Of a DNA stretch of 64,000 bases, positions 52,340-64,000 are shown piece by piece. The translations under genes were made by a program, and so were the position numbers. The stretch's first letter is position 1, and every line of letters starts with the position of its first letter. The stretch is from Eledone cirrhosa (lineage: Eukaryota), in NCBI GenBank assembly GCA_964016885.1, contig OZ024741.1, positions 342,302,001 through 342,366,000 on the forward strand, written 5' to 3'. The notes under the pieces are model-generated. The model had not been told where the DNA came from, searched no databases, and saw only the letters and a list, made by a program, of their open reading frames with translations.

Positions 52340-52870
52340 ATCATCATTATCATCATCACCATTTTAACGTCTATTTTGTATGCTTGCATGAATTAGGCAG
52401 ATGTCATGTGCTGTGGTTAGACCAGGCAGGTGACTAGGTCCTGCTAGTATGCTTTGTTTTGGCTTGGTTTTTACAGCTGGAAGTCCTTCCTATCACCAGC
52501 CACTTTATAGCATGTACTGGGAGCATTTTATTGTGGCACCAGTATTACCATCTTAGAGGATGGACTGAATGCTTTTATTGTGACTCCAGCACTACCTTTC
52601 AGTATGGACTGGGTGCTTTTGTTGTGGCATCAGCACTACCACCTTACTCGGTGCTTTGGTTGTGGTACCAGCACAACCACCTTACAGGGTGGACTGGTTG
52701 CTTTTGTTGTGGCATCAGCACTACCACCTTACTGGGTGGTTTTGTTGTGGTACCAGCACAACCACCTTACAGAGTGGACTGGGTAATTTTGTTGTGGCAT
52801 CAGCACTACCAACTTACAGGGTGGAATGGTTGCTTTTGTTGTGACACCAGCACTACCTCATTACAGCACT
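52340..52870 (-). mobile_element. RTE-tail SINE/LINE 3' end with about 7-8 internal repeats of about 47 bp
   Basis: catc..ttttaacgtc..catgcttgcatg tail; repeated ctgggtgcttttgttgtggcatcagcactaccaccttacagggtgga. Confidence 0.7.
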
Positions 52871-54379
52871 AAGGTGCTCAGTGTTCTTGATTTTGCTGGG
52901 GAGGCATTACCAAATAAGATTTACTCCATTTGGTTTATAATATTTGGTGGAGTGGCAGAATAATCATTAGAGTATTGGACGGAATGTCTTAGAGCTTCTG
53001 TTCTAGCTCTTTATGTTCTGTGTTTGAATCCCACCGATGTCAACTCTGCCTTTTATCATTTCAGAGGTCAATTAATATAAAGTACTAGGATTGATATAAT
53101 CAACATCATCCCCTCCTCCTCTTCCCTTGAATTGCTGGCCATGTACCTAATTTTGAAACCATTATTATTATAATGGATTGGCTGTATCGGTAGAGCATCG
53201 GATGCCATGCTTTGCAGCATAGAGTTACGAACCTTTATGGTCTGAGTTCAAATCCAGCTGAGGTTAACTTTGCCTTTCATCCTTACAGGGTCGATAAAAT
53301 AAAGCACCAGTAATTTCTGGCCTTGTGCCAAAAGTAGATACATTATTATTATTATTATCATCATATAACAGTAAAAGACAATTTCATAGTGAAGATCTGG
53401 ATTAAAATGCCATGTAAATATTTAAGTTCTCTCCCCACACTCTCTACCTCTTTATGATCTTGCATACTTAGATAGACTTGAAATACTGAGTACCAGTGAA
53501 ATACTGGGGTCGATATAATAGACTCTTCCATCACCACCAAAATCTTTGGTCTTGTGCCTGTGGGAGAAATCATTAATATTTTACCTTTCAAGCCTTGGGT
53601 GAAGTTGCTAGATAAGTAATATAACTAACAGCTATATAGTAGAAGTGCTGAGTTATTTCACTATACTTTTCCCATCTCCTCTTTTTTTATATCTGTAGTC
53701 TTGTGTCAATAATTAGTATTATTAATTAATGCTGTTGGACAAATGCTTCGCAGCTTTTTTTCCACCTCTTTAAAGTCTTGAGTTCAAATTGTGCTGAGGT
53801 CAACTTTGTCTTTCATCCTTCCAAAGACAATAAAATAAAATACCAGTCAAGAACTGGGGTTGGTTTAATTGACTTTACCCTTCCCACCAAATTGCTGACC
53901 TTATGCCTGTGTTAGAATCAATTATTAGAGTGGTGATGGGGATGCCATTTGTTAGAAGGTATGGGAAGAGAGTGAGAGAAAGAGAGAGAGAGAGAGCTAG
54001 GGGAGGATTTTAGTAAAGGCTTCCAACTTAATTACACAAAAGAGTTGGGGGACTTTGTCAGGAAGAAGAGAGAACGACAGAGCAGAGATGTAGGTGACAT
54101 TTGGTTTATGTATGCTAGAACAAACATGATTGGAGGTGGAGAGGAGAAAGAAAATTTGATAGGGATGTTGGATTGGGCCAAATAGTTTAGTATATGTATG
54201 GGGCTGGAGTGGTTCCTGTACAGCTAAAGGTCATTTCATTATATGTTATGTATGCAATTAGTTTTCATACATAATTTCATGGATGTTATCACATCAAACT
54301 CATTCATATTTAAAAGCATCGGAACGAGCTAGATTTTTTTTACATCTATGAAATTATTAGTAGTGCATATATGTCAAGC

Positions 54380-54400
54380 TGTTTATATATATGTATGTAC

Positions 54401-54436
<36 letters not shown>

Positions 54437-54552
54437 GTATATGTATTATATGTATATATATATATGTATATATATGTGTATATGTATATATATGTGTATA
54501 TGTATGTATATATATGTATATATGTATGTATAATATGTATGTGTGTATATTT

Positions 54553-54590
<38 letters not shown>

Positions 54591-54603
54591 GTATGTATAT
54601 GTG

Positions 54604-54634
<31 letters not shown>

Positions 54635-54683
54635 GTATGTATATGTGTATATATGTATATGTGTATATATGTATGTGTATATA

Positions 54684-54728
<45 letters not shown>

Positions 54729-54779
54729 ATATATGTGTATGTGTATATACGTATATGTGTATATATATGTATAGATGTA

Positions 54780-54810
<31 letters not shown>

Positions 54811-54815
54811 TTGTA

Positions 54816-54850
<35 letters not shown>

Positions 54851-54931
54851 GTATAGATGTATATGTGTATATAGATCTATATATATATGTATAGATGTGT
54901 ATGTATGTATATATATATATATATATATATA
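54380..54931. repeat. (AT)n/(ATGT)n compound microsatellite
   Basis: Direct observation. Confidence 0.9.
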
Positions 54932-55039
54932 TTACTCTTTTACCTGTCCCAGCCATGCTGGAGCCCTGCCCTTATATATATATATAAATATACACATACA
55001 CACACATATTAAGTCAAGGAACATTATTAAAATATTTAA

Positions 55040-55117
55040 TAGACTTACAACTGTTTCATTAGACCAACTAGGAAGGAAAGAAAATTTATTCATGGAAGAA
55101 TAGCTCATCAGAGTTTA
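55040..55117 (-). ncRNA. Degenerate hammerhead ribozyme motif
   Basis: Minus strand: TAAACT-CTGATGA-GCTATTC...-GAAA-CAGTTG-TA-AGTCTA; stem II not intact. Confidence 0.45.
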
Positions 55118-55884
55118 ATTAAATCCAAATAATTTACCTTAAATTCATATATATTTACTTGTTCACAGTGTTTGTAAAGGTGAGGTTTCTTGTGATTGTT
55201 TTTCTTATTTCACTTATATAAGCAAGCAATAATGAATGCTGAGGTACTTGCTATGTTATCTCTGTTGGTTATGATATAATGATAACGGTGGTGATTATAA
55301 TAATAGTAATTATGAAAATTAATGAATTAATCTCTGTTTTAAGGGAACATACTGGCTGATTGTAAAGATGGTTATATATTAAGTTTGGCTGGTTAGATTG
55401 TTAATAATTGAATGGATGGGTGAATGTATGTATCAATGGCTGGATTTTACATCAGTTGCTTTGTGTATTTTTTGTCTGAATATAATGAAATCATGTGTAT
55501 GTGTGTATACATATATATCACATATGGTAATAATGTATGCATATATTTGTATATGTTTATAAGTACGAGAGAAAAGAAAATACAAAGCTTGTTTCTCTTT
55601 TTAAATTTGTATTTTTTTTGCTTTATTTCTGTTTGTTTTTAAATTAAAATTTTGACATTTTTGTATTTTATTTTTATTGTTATAATTTTGTTTGTTTTGT
55701 TTTCTTTTATTTTAATTTTATTTGTTTTGATATTTTGAAAACTATTTAATTAATTACGATGTATCGAGATGTTAAGATGAACTGAAATTAGAAATGTTGA
55801 AACACAAACAGATTTCTTATGATCATTATAACAAATCTGTATTTGGATTTCAACATTATTTCTTCCAAAATGGTTGATATCATT

Positions 55885-57165
55885 ATTACTAGTCATTAGA
55901 GCATCAGTCAACATGATTTGCAGCATATTGTTATGGCTTTTTACATATGAGTTCAAATCCTGCTGAGGTTAGCTTTGCTTTTAATCCTTATGGAGTTAAA
56001 ATAAAGCACCAGTAATTCACTGGGGTAGATTTAATTGACTTTCCCCTCCCCTTCAAATTGCTGGCCTTGTGCCTAAAGTAGAAACAATTATTAGCCATTA
56101 GAGCACCGGACAGGTTAGCTTTGCCATTCATCCTTACGGGGTCGATAAAATAAAGTACCAGTAATGCACTAGGGTTGATTTGACCCCCCTCTAAATTGCT
56201 GGCCTTGGGCCTAAATTAGAAACCATTATTATTATTATTACAGGTGGGTGGTTGATTGACAGTCGTTAGAGCGTTAGATAAATGTTTAGCAGTATTTATT
56301 TTTGGTGCTCTTTTTCCGAGTTCAAATCCCACCGAACTTTGCATTTCATCCTTCAATAAAATAGTATAAAGTACCAGTCAAGCACTGGGGTTGATATAAT
56401 TGACATGCCCCTCCCTCAAATTGCTGGCCTTGTACTTAAAGTAGAAATTATTATTATTATTATTATTATTGTTATCATTATTATCTTCTCTATTGTTCTT
56501 CTGCCACCAGATATCAAGCTGTCTTCTCCTGCAGCCTTAGATATATTTAGTACCTTTCATATAGTCCTTACTGTGCTAGGCAAACAAGCCTTATGTAGAG
56601 TCAGGAAATTCACCTCTATATCCAACATCTTCAACCAACCACTCGAACTTCTAGCCACAATCTCTAGCGTTCCTAATACAATTGGGATAATAACTTTGTA
56701 GCAATCATTAATAATTATTATTATATTTTAATTTTTCGGGTGGTGGATTGGCAGTATCGATAGAGGGTCGGACGCCATGCTTTCCAGCATAGTTACGTCC
56801 CTTTACGGTCTGAGTTCAAATCCCGCCGAGGTTAACTTTGCCTTTCATCCTTACAGGGTTGATAAAATAAAGTACCAGTAATTTACTGGGTAATTGATGG
56901 CCTTGTGCCAAAAGTGGAAACAATTATATTTTAATTTTTCATAATTTTAAGGTTGATGAAATAATATACCAGTGAAATACTGGGGCTGATATAATCAACT
57001 TTCCCCACACTGCAAATTGCAGGCCTCGTGCAAAGAGCTGTGGATTTGAATTTCATACTTCTGCGGTCAATAATATAAAGTACCAGTTACGTACTGGGAT
57101 TTATGTAATCAACTTTCCCCTTTCACAAATTGCTGGCCTTGTGCCTATGTTAGAAAATTATTCTT
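55885..57165 (+). mobile_element. Cluster of at least six same-orientation family A SINE copies and fragments
   Basis: Repeated gagttcaaatcc / aaagtaccagt / ttgctggccttgtgcc / (ATT)n blocks. Confidence 0.8.
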
Positions 57166-57454
57166 GACATCTTTTTCTTTACAAAAATCAGGGAAGTCAG
57201 TTGGTAGAAATGGAACTGTCAAAATGTCTCATAGTATCCAAATTCCTTTAAAGTTGTCTTTATTCTTTCATTTGCTCTTGTTAATAAAATACATAACCGT
57301 ATGTCAACCTCTAAAGTTGACAAAATCCACCTTCAACTCTCTCCTCAAATTTGCAGTCGTGTGTAATGTTAGAAGTCTTTGTTAGAAAATATGTACCAAT
57401 CAAGTAATAGGGGTTGATGAAATCCAAAACAACTTTCTAGATGTGTGTCAAATT

Positions 57455-57920
57455 TAGAAATCCCAGCTTTGTCTACACTGTGTAAGACCTTGTGACTAGA
57501 AATCCCAGTTTTGTCTACACTGTGTAAAGCATTGAGACTTTAGAAATCCCACCTTTGCTCACACTGTGTAAGACCTTGAGACTAGAAATCCCAGCTTTCC
57601 CCACTCTGTGTAAGACCTTGAAACTTTAGAAATCCCACATTTGCCCACACTGTAAGACCTTGTGACTAGAAATCCCACCTTTCCCCACCCTGTAAGACCT
57701 TGTGACTAGAAATCCCACCTTTCCCCACCCTGTAAGACCTTGTGACTAGAAATCTCAGCTTTCCCTACACTGTAAGGCCTTGTGACTAAAAAGACCAGCT
57801 CTCCCAACACTGTAAGGCCTTATGACTAGAAATCCCAGCCTTCCCAACACTATGTAAGACCTTGTGACTTTAGAAATCCCAGATTTCCCAACACTATGTA
57901 AGACCTTGTAACTTCAGAAA
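57455..57920. repeat. 40-44-bp minisatellite, about 11 copies
   Basis: Unit TGTAAGACCTTGTGACTAGAAATCCCACCTTTCCCCACAC. Confidence 0.9.
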
Positions 57921-58797
57921 TTATTGTTAACTGGACCTGTGGAAATTCCATGCTTTATAAATTTACTTATTTCTATTTGAAATGTTGAAATCCAAACATA
58001 GATTCACTACAATGATAATAGCGTTAGAAAATTAGGTAAAATACCCTTAGAGACAGAAAACACACTTGGCCAGGATTCAAGAGATACAAAGTTTGATTCT
58101 CTGTAGTGGCCACTTATTTTCTGTCCCTATGGATATGTTAACCAATTCTTTAAACGCTTTTATCATTGTAGATAATCTGCTTGGATTTTAACATCTCAAA
58201 TTTTAAATCATCTAAATGCCATTCTTATTTCTATTTTGACACAAATTTATAGATCTTCATAATTTTTCATTGTCTTTGCTCCATAATTAAGGTTGTTTAA
58301 ACCTTTTCCTTCGACAGTATTTCTATTAATTAATGAAGAATTTTAAGGGTTTTACTTAAATTATTATTTCATTATTAAGATGAGATTTGAAACACATCTT
58401 AACAAAAGGTTCTTATATCAATTTAAGTGGACTATTTTAATTTAAATAGGAGCCCTTTAAAATAGGCTGTTTTCTTTCATAGAACCTGAGATTCTACAAC
58501 CAATTGTCTTTTCCCAGACAATGTGTGTCCAGAACTACATTAACCGATTTCAATTAATGAAGAATTTTGAGAGATTTACTAAAATGAATTATATTATTAC
58601 TAAGATAGTAACTGAATGTATGGTTCTTGTATAAAATTATGTTGAAAGACATTAATTTAAAATGGGGTGGTTTGGGGTGAAATGGTATCAAAAGGGTAAC
58701 ATTCAGATAAGTTTCATTATATTAAAGATATCAATAATGTCTTTGATTTTGTTCCACAGATAAAATTGTTGAAAGTCTGATTCTTGAACATGATTAA

Positions 58798-59054
58798 CCC
58801 TTTTCAGACCAAACTACCTGAAACCACCCCATGTCCTACAATACGAAGCTGTTTATTTTAAAGTGTTTATATTTATTTAAAAAACGTCCATCATAATTTT
58901 ATGTAAGAATCTTCATTAAGCTATGTTCCAGACACCAGCTAAATAATAAGAAAGTTATTTATAGTACTAAATAACCTCCAAATTCTTGTTTATTTTCAAA
59001 ATTATTTGAAAATTTTAGGCAGTATATTTTATTAGAAATATACTAACAAAAGGG
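58798..59054. mobile_element. Possible piggyBac-type MITE
   Basis: TTAA|CCCTTTT ... AAAAGGG|TTGA; related ends at 58681-58697 and 63786. Confidence 0.5.
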
Positions 59055-61254
59055 TTGAAGATGTTGATTATATGTTTGACTTAGTTCCTGTATAGCACTG
59101 AAACATATCTAAGAAGGTAGGTAGGAACACGCAGAATAATAAATTCCATACAAAAATATGGGAAATGAGTGAACATAGGGGTCTCTGTAGTCACTAAACC
59201 TTCAAGATATAACAATTAAATTTTGCTAAGAACAAACCCTAATATATCTTTAAAAAATAGAAGTGGACGAGCACATTGGATGATGAAGTTCTAGATACAC
59301 TGACTAAAAAACAGACATGTTTGATGAGGGCTGGAATAGTTTAAATCAGAGGTGGGTGAAGGTATGTTTCTTATTAAGATGAAGATTCTAAATTTGACCA
59401 AGCATTCAAATTAAACCAACTTTCCTTTTCCCTTTAAAACCCATTCCTTCTTCTCTCAACCTTCATCCACCCCTATATTCCTCGTATTTTATGGCCTTAC
59501 CAACCTGTCCAATATATGGAGGTACACAGCAATATGTCCAATAGTCGGCGGTACATTACCACCACCATCTCTAAATAACATCACCACATCATTACATCAC
59601 CAGCACTATCTTGGATTATAGTAGGCAAATAGAGCTAATTATCTTGCCAAACCAATACCATACAATACCTCATTAGATATAATTCAAATAATACAGTATC
59701 TGATGGAAAAATCTGGCCTGAATCTTTTAACTGATCAATTTATGTATTCTTCTAGTCTTCTACCATTTTCTCATTTCCCTTATAATGTATACCATCATCT
59801 TTATAAATTTATTCTGAATGTATAAGAGCATAGATCATACATTATAATAGTATTACTGCATATTACTATATCAGTACTACTACATATTACTATATCATAT
59901 TAGTACTAAAACATATTCCTGTTATTTGTATCTCTCACACTATAACATAATATATACATATATATAACCTGTCTTACTGCTGACATGCATATTATGTACA
60001 CACACACACACCTCCACACACATGCACACAAACATAGTTATAGTTATATATATGCATTCATATTTACATCCACAGTATATACATATGTGTATATATACAA
60101 ACACACACACATATATATATATATATATACATGCATATATGCATACATTCCTACATATATCTACATACATTCCTACATATATCTACATACATGTATACAC
60201 ATATACACACACATTCATACATATATCTACATACATATATATATATATATATACACGCATACATTTGTTTTTGTGAAAACTACTCGTACACTATATACTT
60301 TTAAGAAGTAAAAACATGCTTCTGAAAATATTTCTGATGCTAATCAATACAAATCAGTGATTGGTAGACATCAATCACTTCAGTGCAGTGTGAAAAAAGA
60401 TTAAATAAAAAAAATATAAAAACAAATAAAAAGAAAAAAAAAGTCTTTGAAGCAATGCTGAAAAAATCATGAATGAAAAATAATTAAAACAAACCCCTCC
60501 CACCGCCAAATAAAATAAAATATAAAATAAAAAAATAAAAAGGTAAAATCAAATTGTAAAAATGATTCATTTTGTAAAGAAAATAAGAAAAAGAAAAATT
60601 AAAAAAAAAAAGTATTTCCACTGCTGTTTTTTTTTTCTTATATACTTAAGATGTTTTTACTTGATTTCCACTCTTCAGAACTATAAGCATACATATATAT
60701 ACACACACATATATACACATGCTCACTCTACCACACACACACATACATATATATATACACACTCATCCAGCTACACATATACACTCATCCAGCCACACAC
60801 ACACTCTCACAGCCACACACATATTTATATATATATATATACATACACTCACCCAGCCACGTGCACACATACTCTCACACAACCACATACACACATATAT
60901 ATACACATACACACATATACACATACACTCACACAGCCACACACATATATATACATACATATACACTCCCCCAGCCACACATATGTATGTAATCAGTTCA
61001 GTGCTGTTACCAGGTCATGAACTTGTGAACATTATTTGGAGGGTACATTGTTTTTAACCAGAGAGCCACAGTTACTAAACTACAATTTCATGTTACAAAA
61101 TGTTTTTTTTTACTTGAAGATTTTTTTTTTTTTTTTATCTAAAAAATGATAATAATTATGATCAATAACAATAAGAATTTTTTCCATTGTATTTTTTTGT
61201 CTTTTCATTTCTTTACTTACTTTGCTTCTCGGCAGAGTTGTTCTGCTAGAGAAT

Positions 61255-61870
61255 GGGTCACAGGTGGCGGATAGTGATACAGCCACCAGATATGATGGCT
61301 AGTTGTGATATAAGCAGGCAACTGTCGGACGAATAAGCAACTCTGGACCAACAGCAGTAAACTACTAGGGGAGATGGAGAAATGGGTGACACCTGCGGCT
61401 CCCAAGAAAACTCTCACAACCCAGTGAAGTAGCTATGACGAGGCGAGTAAAGGCCATTTCAGCATTCCAGTTGGTGTGAATAAACTGTTGGTCTATCATC
61501 TGAGAAAGGTGGGGTGGTGTGATTGATAATTGATATATTTATTATGTTATGTGGTTGACTTGATCCTTTCAATACCAAACCGGATTCTGTGAAAGAAAGA
61601 CTCAAAAGCTTTGAAACCCAGCATGAAAACATACAGCTCAGCATGGAAACTTGCAGCTCAGGACAGATCCCTGTGGAGGCTTTTTATTTGTGCTGGGGTC
61701 AACAGCTACGAGGCAGAATACATAGAACAACAGAAGAGGGGGAAAAAAGAAAAGCTGCAACTTCAAACCTTCAAATTGGCCTACAGCCCAGTAATTCCTG
61801 CCTTCATTGCCCTTGGCTATTCAAGCAAAAATTGGCCTAATAAACCATCTTTGACCATACAGATAAAACT
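61255..61870 (+). mobile_element. Degenerate RTE derivative (5' UTR-like piece plus ORF C-terminus)
   Basis: caggtggcggatag...ccaccagatatg leader; ORF remnant AWKLAAQDRSLWRLFICAGVNSYEAEYIEQQKR. Confidence 0.62.
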
Positions 61871-62321
61871 CCATTATTTCCATCGCTTTACTTTTCATTA
61901 AATCTAAATTTAATCCCTAAGATAAGAAACTGGAACATTATCCTCTAAAAGTTCTTTATACTCTGAAGAAGGAAATTAGAATAAAAGAAAAAACAACAGC
62001 AACAAAAAAAAGACAAAACAAAACAAAGATTATTAGGTAACTTACTCTTTCGTTACCTTCATCTTGCAGTCCATTTTGCATTATTTAGCCTTATATCTCT
62101 TTCCACATTATTATGATTTGTGTGGAAAGGGCGGTGGATTGGCAGATTTGGTCGGGCAACATGCTTTTCAGCTTTACAGGGTTGATAAAATAAACTACCA
62201 GTAATGCACTGAAGTCAATTTAATCCCCTCCACCCCCTGCGCTAAAAAAAAAACCTATTGGCTTTGTGCCTAAATCAGAAACAATTATGATTTGTGTGGT
62301 TGACTTTTCAATACAAAACCA

Positions 62322-62545
62322 CCTGAAACTGTCCTTTGCTGGCTACACTCAAGCCAGAAGCTGTATAATATACCATCCTGAAACTGTCCTTTGCTGGCTA
62401 CACTCAAGCTAGAAGCTGTATAATATACCAATCTGAAGCTGTCCTTGCTGGTTACACTCACACCTGAATCTGTATAATACACCATTCTAAAACTGTCTAT
62501 GTTGGTTACACTCACACCTGAAGCTGTATAATATACCATATTGAA
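62322..62545. repeat. About 55-bp tandem repeat, 4 copies
   Basis: Unit CCTGAAACTGTCCTTTGCTGGCTACACTCAAGCCAGAAGCTGTATAATATACCAT. Confidence 0.85.
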
Positions 62546-63134
62546 ACAGACGGGAAAACGTGACTGACCTTGGTCTTCCTCCTCTGACTAAAACATACAC
62601 TCATACATACAAAATTAGTTGTTATTTAGCCCTAGGCTAGCCATGATCAAGCAGACCTTTGATCAAAAGCATTACGGTCATGATAATCACACCCAGTACC
62701 ACATTTTACAACATGTGTTTTTCTAATACTGTTAGGTGTGATTTAAGGTAGATTTGACTACTATTTCTAGCATATTGTAGGTTCATGTAAATGCTCTCTT
62801 GTTGGCTCATAAAAGAAAATTAGTGATAAGCTGTCTGTGGTCTTCATAAAGTTATTAAAATCTCATTGATCCTTTTCACTTTTTTGTAAATAAGCATTAC
62901 TGTCTGTAGCATGGACATGACACTCTATAAACGATGAATATCTCAAAAGGGATCCTATATTCAGTTACAAATCCTGCTAGAAATATCAACCAAATCTCCA
63001 TACCAGTTACATTGGATAAAGTAGTTTGTGATGATACAGTCCTCAAAAAGACATGCAGGCCACATCTGAAAAAGCCTTTACTCATAATTCTGCTAAATCA
63101 GAGCTTATCTGAGACTAAACAACTTGTATTTATG

Positions 63135-63420
63135 GACACATAGCTCCTGATAGAGTTGTAGGGGAACCATTGTGACATGGTACACTTTAAACTTAGTGGA
63201 GTTCATCTCTCTCCAGCTCTGAACAAAGCCAATTTCTTCTAGAGAGAGAAAATCAATCAAGCCCACTACTAGATTGGTTCTTTTTTACTTATCCTGAAAA
63301 GATGAAAGGCAAAAATTGATCTTTGTGGGATTTGAACTCGGAGAGTACAGGGAACTGGAATGAATAATGCAAAGCATTCTGTACTACATTCTATCGACTC
63401 TGTCAATTCACCGCCTATGA
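63135..63420 (-). mobile_element. Family A-related SINE with an alternative 3' extension; other copies at 26308-26605 and 6688-7420 (interrupted)
   Basis: Shared ...ggagtcatagggg...tctccagntctgaaca...(AG)n block followed by a reverse-complement SINE head. Confidence 0.6.
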
Positions 63421-64000
63421 AACGTTTTATCAATGCTATTACTAACAACAATTGAACCCACATAATCAACTTCCCATGTGGCTACTGCAAGACTCTACAA
63501 GTAGGCAGGCATACAGAAATAAACAGGACAGCAAAGAGGGTGCAAAAATGTTCAGACTACAACACTATGTACAATTAATTCCTCATATCAGAATATTTGT
63601 AGTTAAATTCTTTTGGCAACTGTAAAATTTCAGGTTCAATTCCAATGCATGCTACATCGGGCAAGTGTCTTCTGACACAACCCCCAAGGCAGTCAAAGGA
63701 TTCTGAATGAAATTGGAAATATAGAAATATGTAAACTGTATGGAAAAGCTTCATAGAAACCGTTTCTGTTGTTGTGTGGTAGATTTAACCCTTTTGATAC
63801 CAACTCTTCTCACCCTACCATTTAAAATCATTCCTCAAAATCTTCCAAAATATTTTATAAGCACCAAATGTTAAATTTCTATCTCAGTGATAGCAAACCC
63901 ACAAAACGTTCCTCTTGTTCTGAGAAACAAAGCCACCCATTTTTGTTTTATTGTTCCTCAAAATCATCCAACATAATTTTATAAAAGAGCTAAATGTTAA

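Noticed and set aside
60300-61210. A-rich region that might be the 3' UTR of a neighbouring minus-strand gene
   Set aside because: No coding exon of a second gene could be identified in the window

Overview
AT-rich, repeat-dense animal genomic DNA, most likely a coleoid cephalopod (octopus). That is inferred from the SINE and RTE families, not proven. The window holds the 3' part of a + strand l(3)mbt/L3MBTL-family gene: 10 phase-consistent GT-AG exons between 5768 and 43325 encoding two MBT repeats, two CCHHC (C2HC) zinc fingers and a C-terminal SAM domain. The second zinc-finger exon carries an apparent 5-nt deletion/frameshift. The introns and downstream region contain a near full-length degenerate RTE LINE (APE + RT with an inserted PHD finger), internally deleted RTE derivatives, four Helitron derivatives (one keeping a spliced STPR-repeat N-terminus), hAT/piggyBac/pogo-like MITEs, many tRNA-derived SINEs and several minisatellites. 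There are also three or four minimal (Penelope-type) hammerhead ribozyme motifs, two of them in the sense strand of the gene's introns. Almost all long ORFs in the supplied track are artefacts of tandem repeats.
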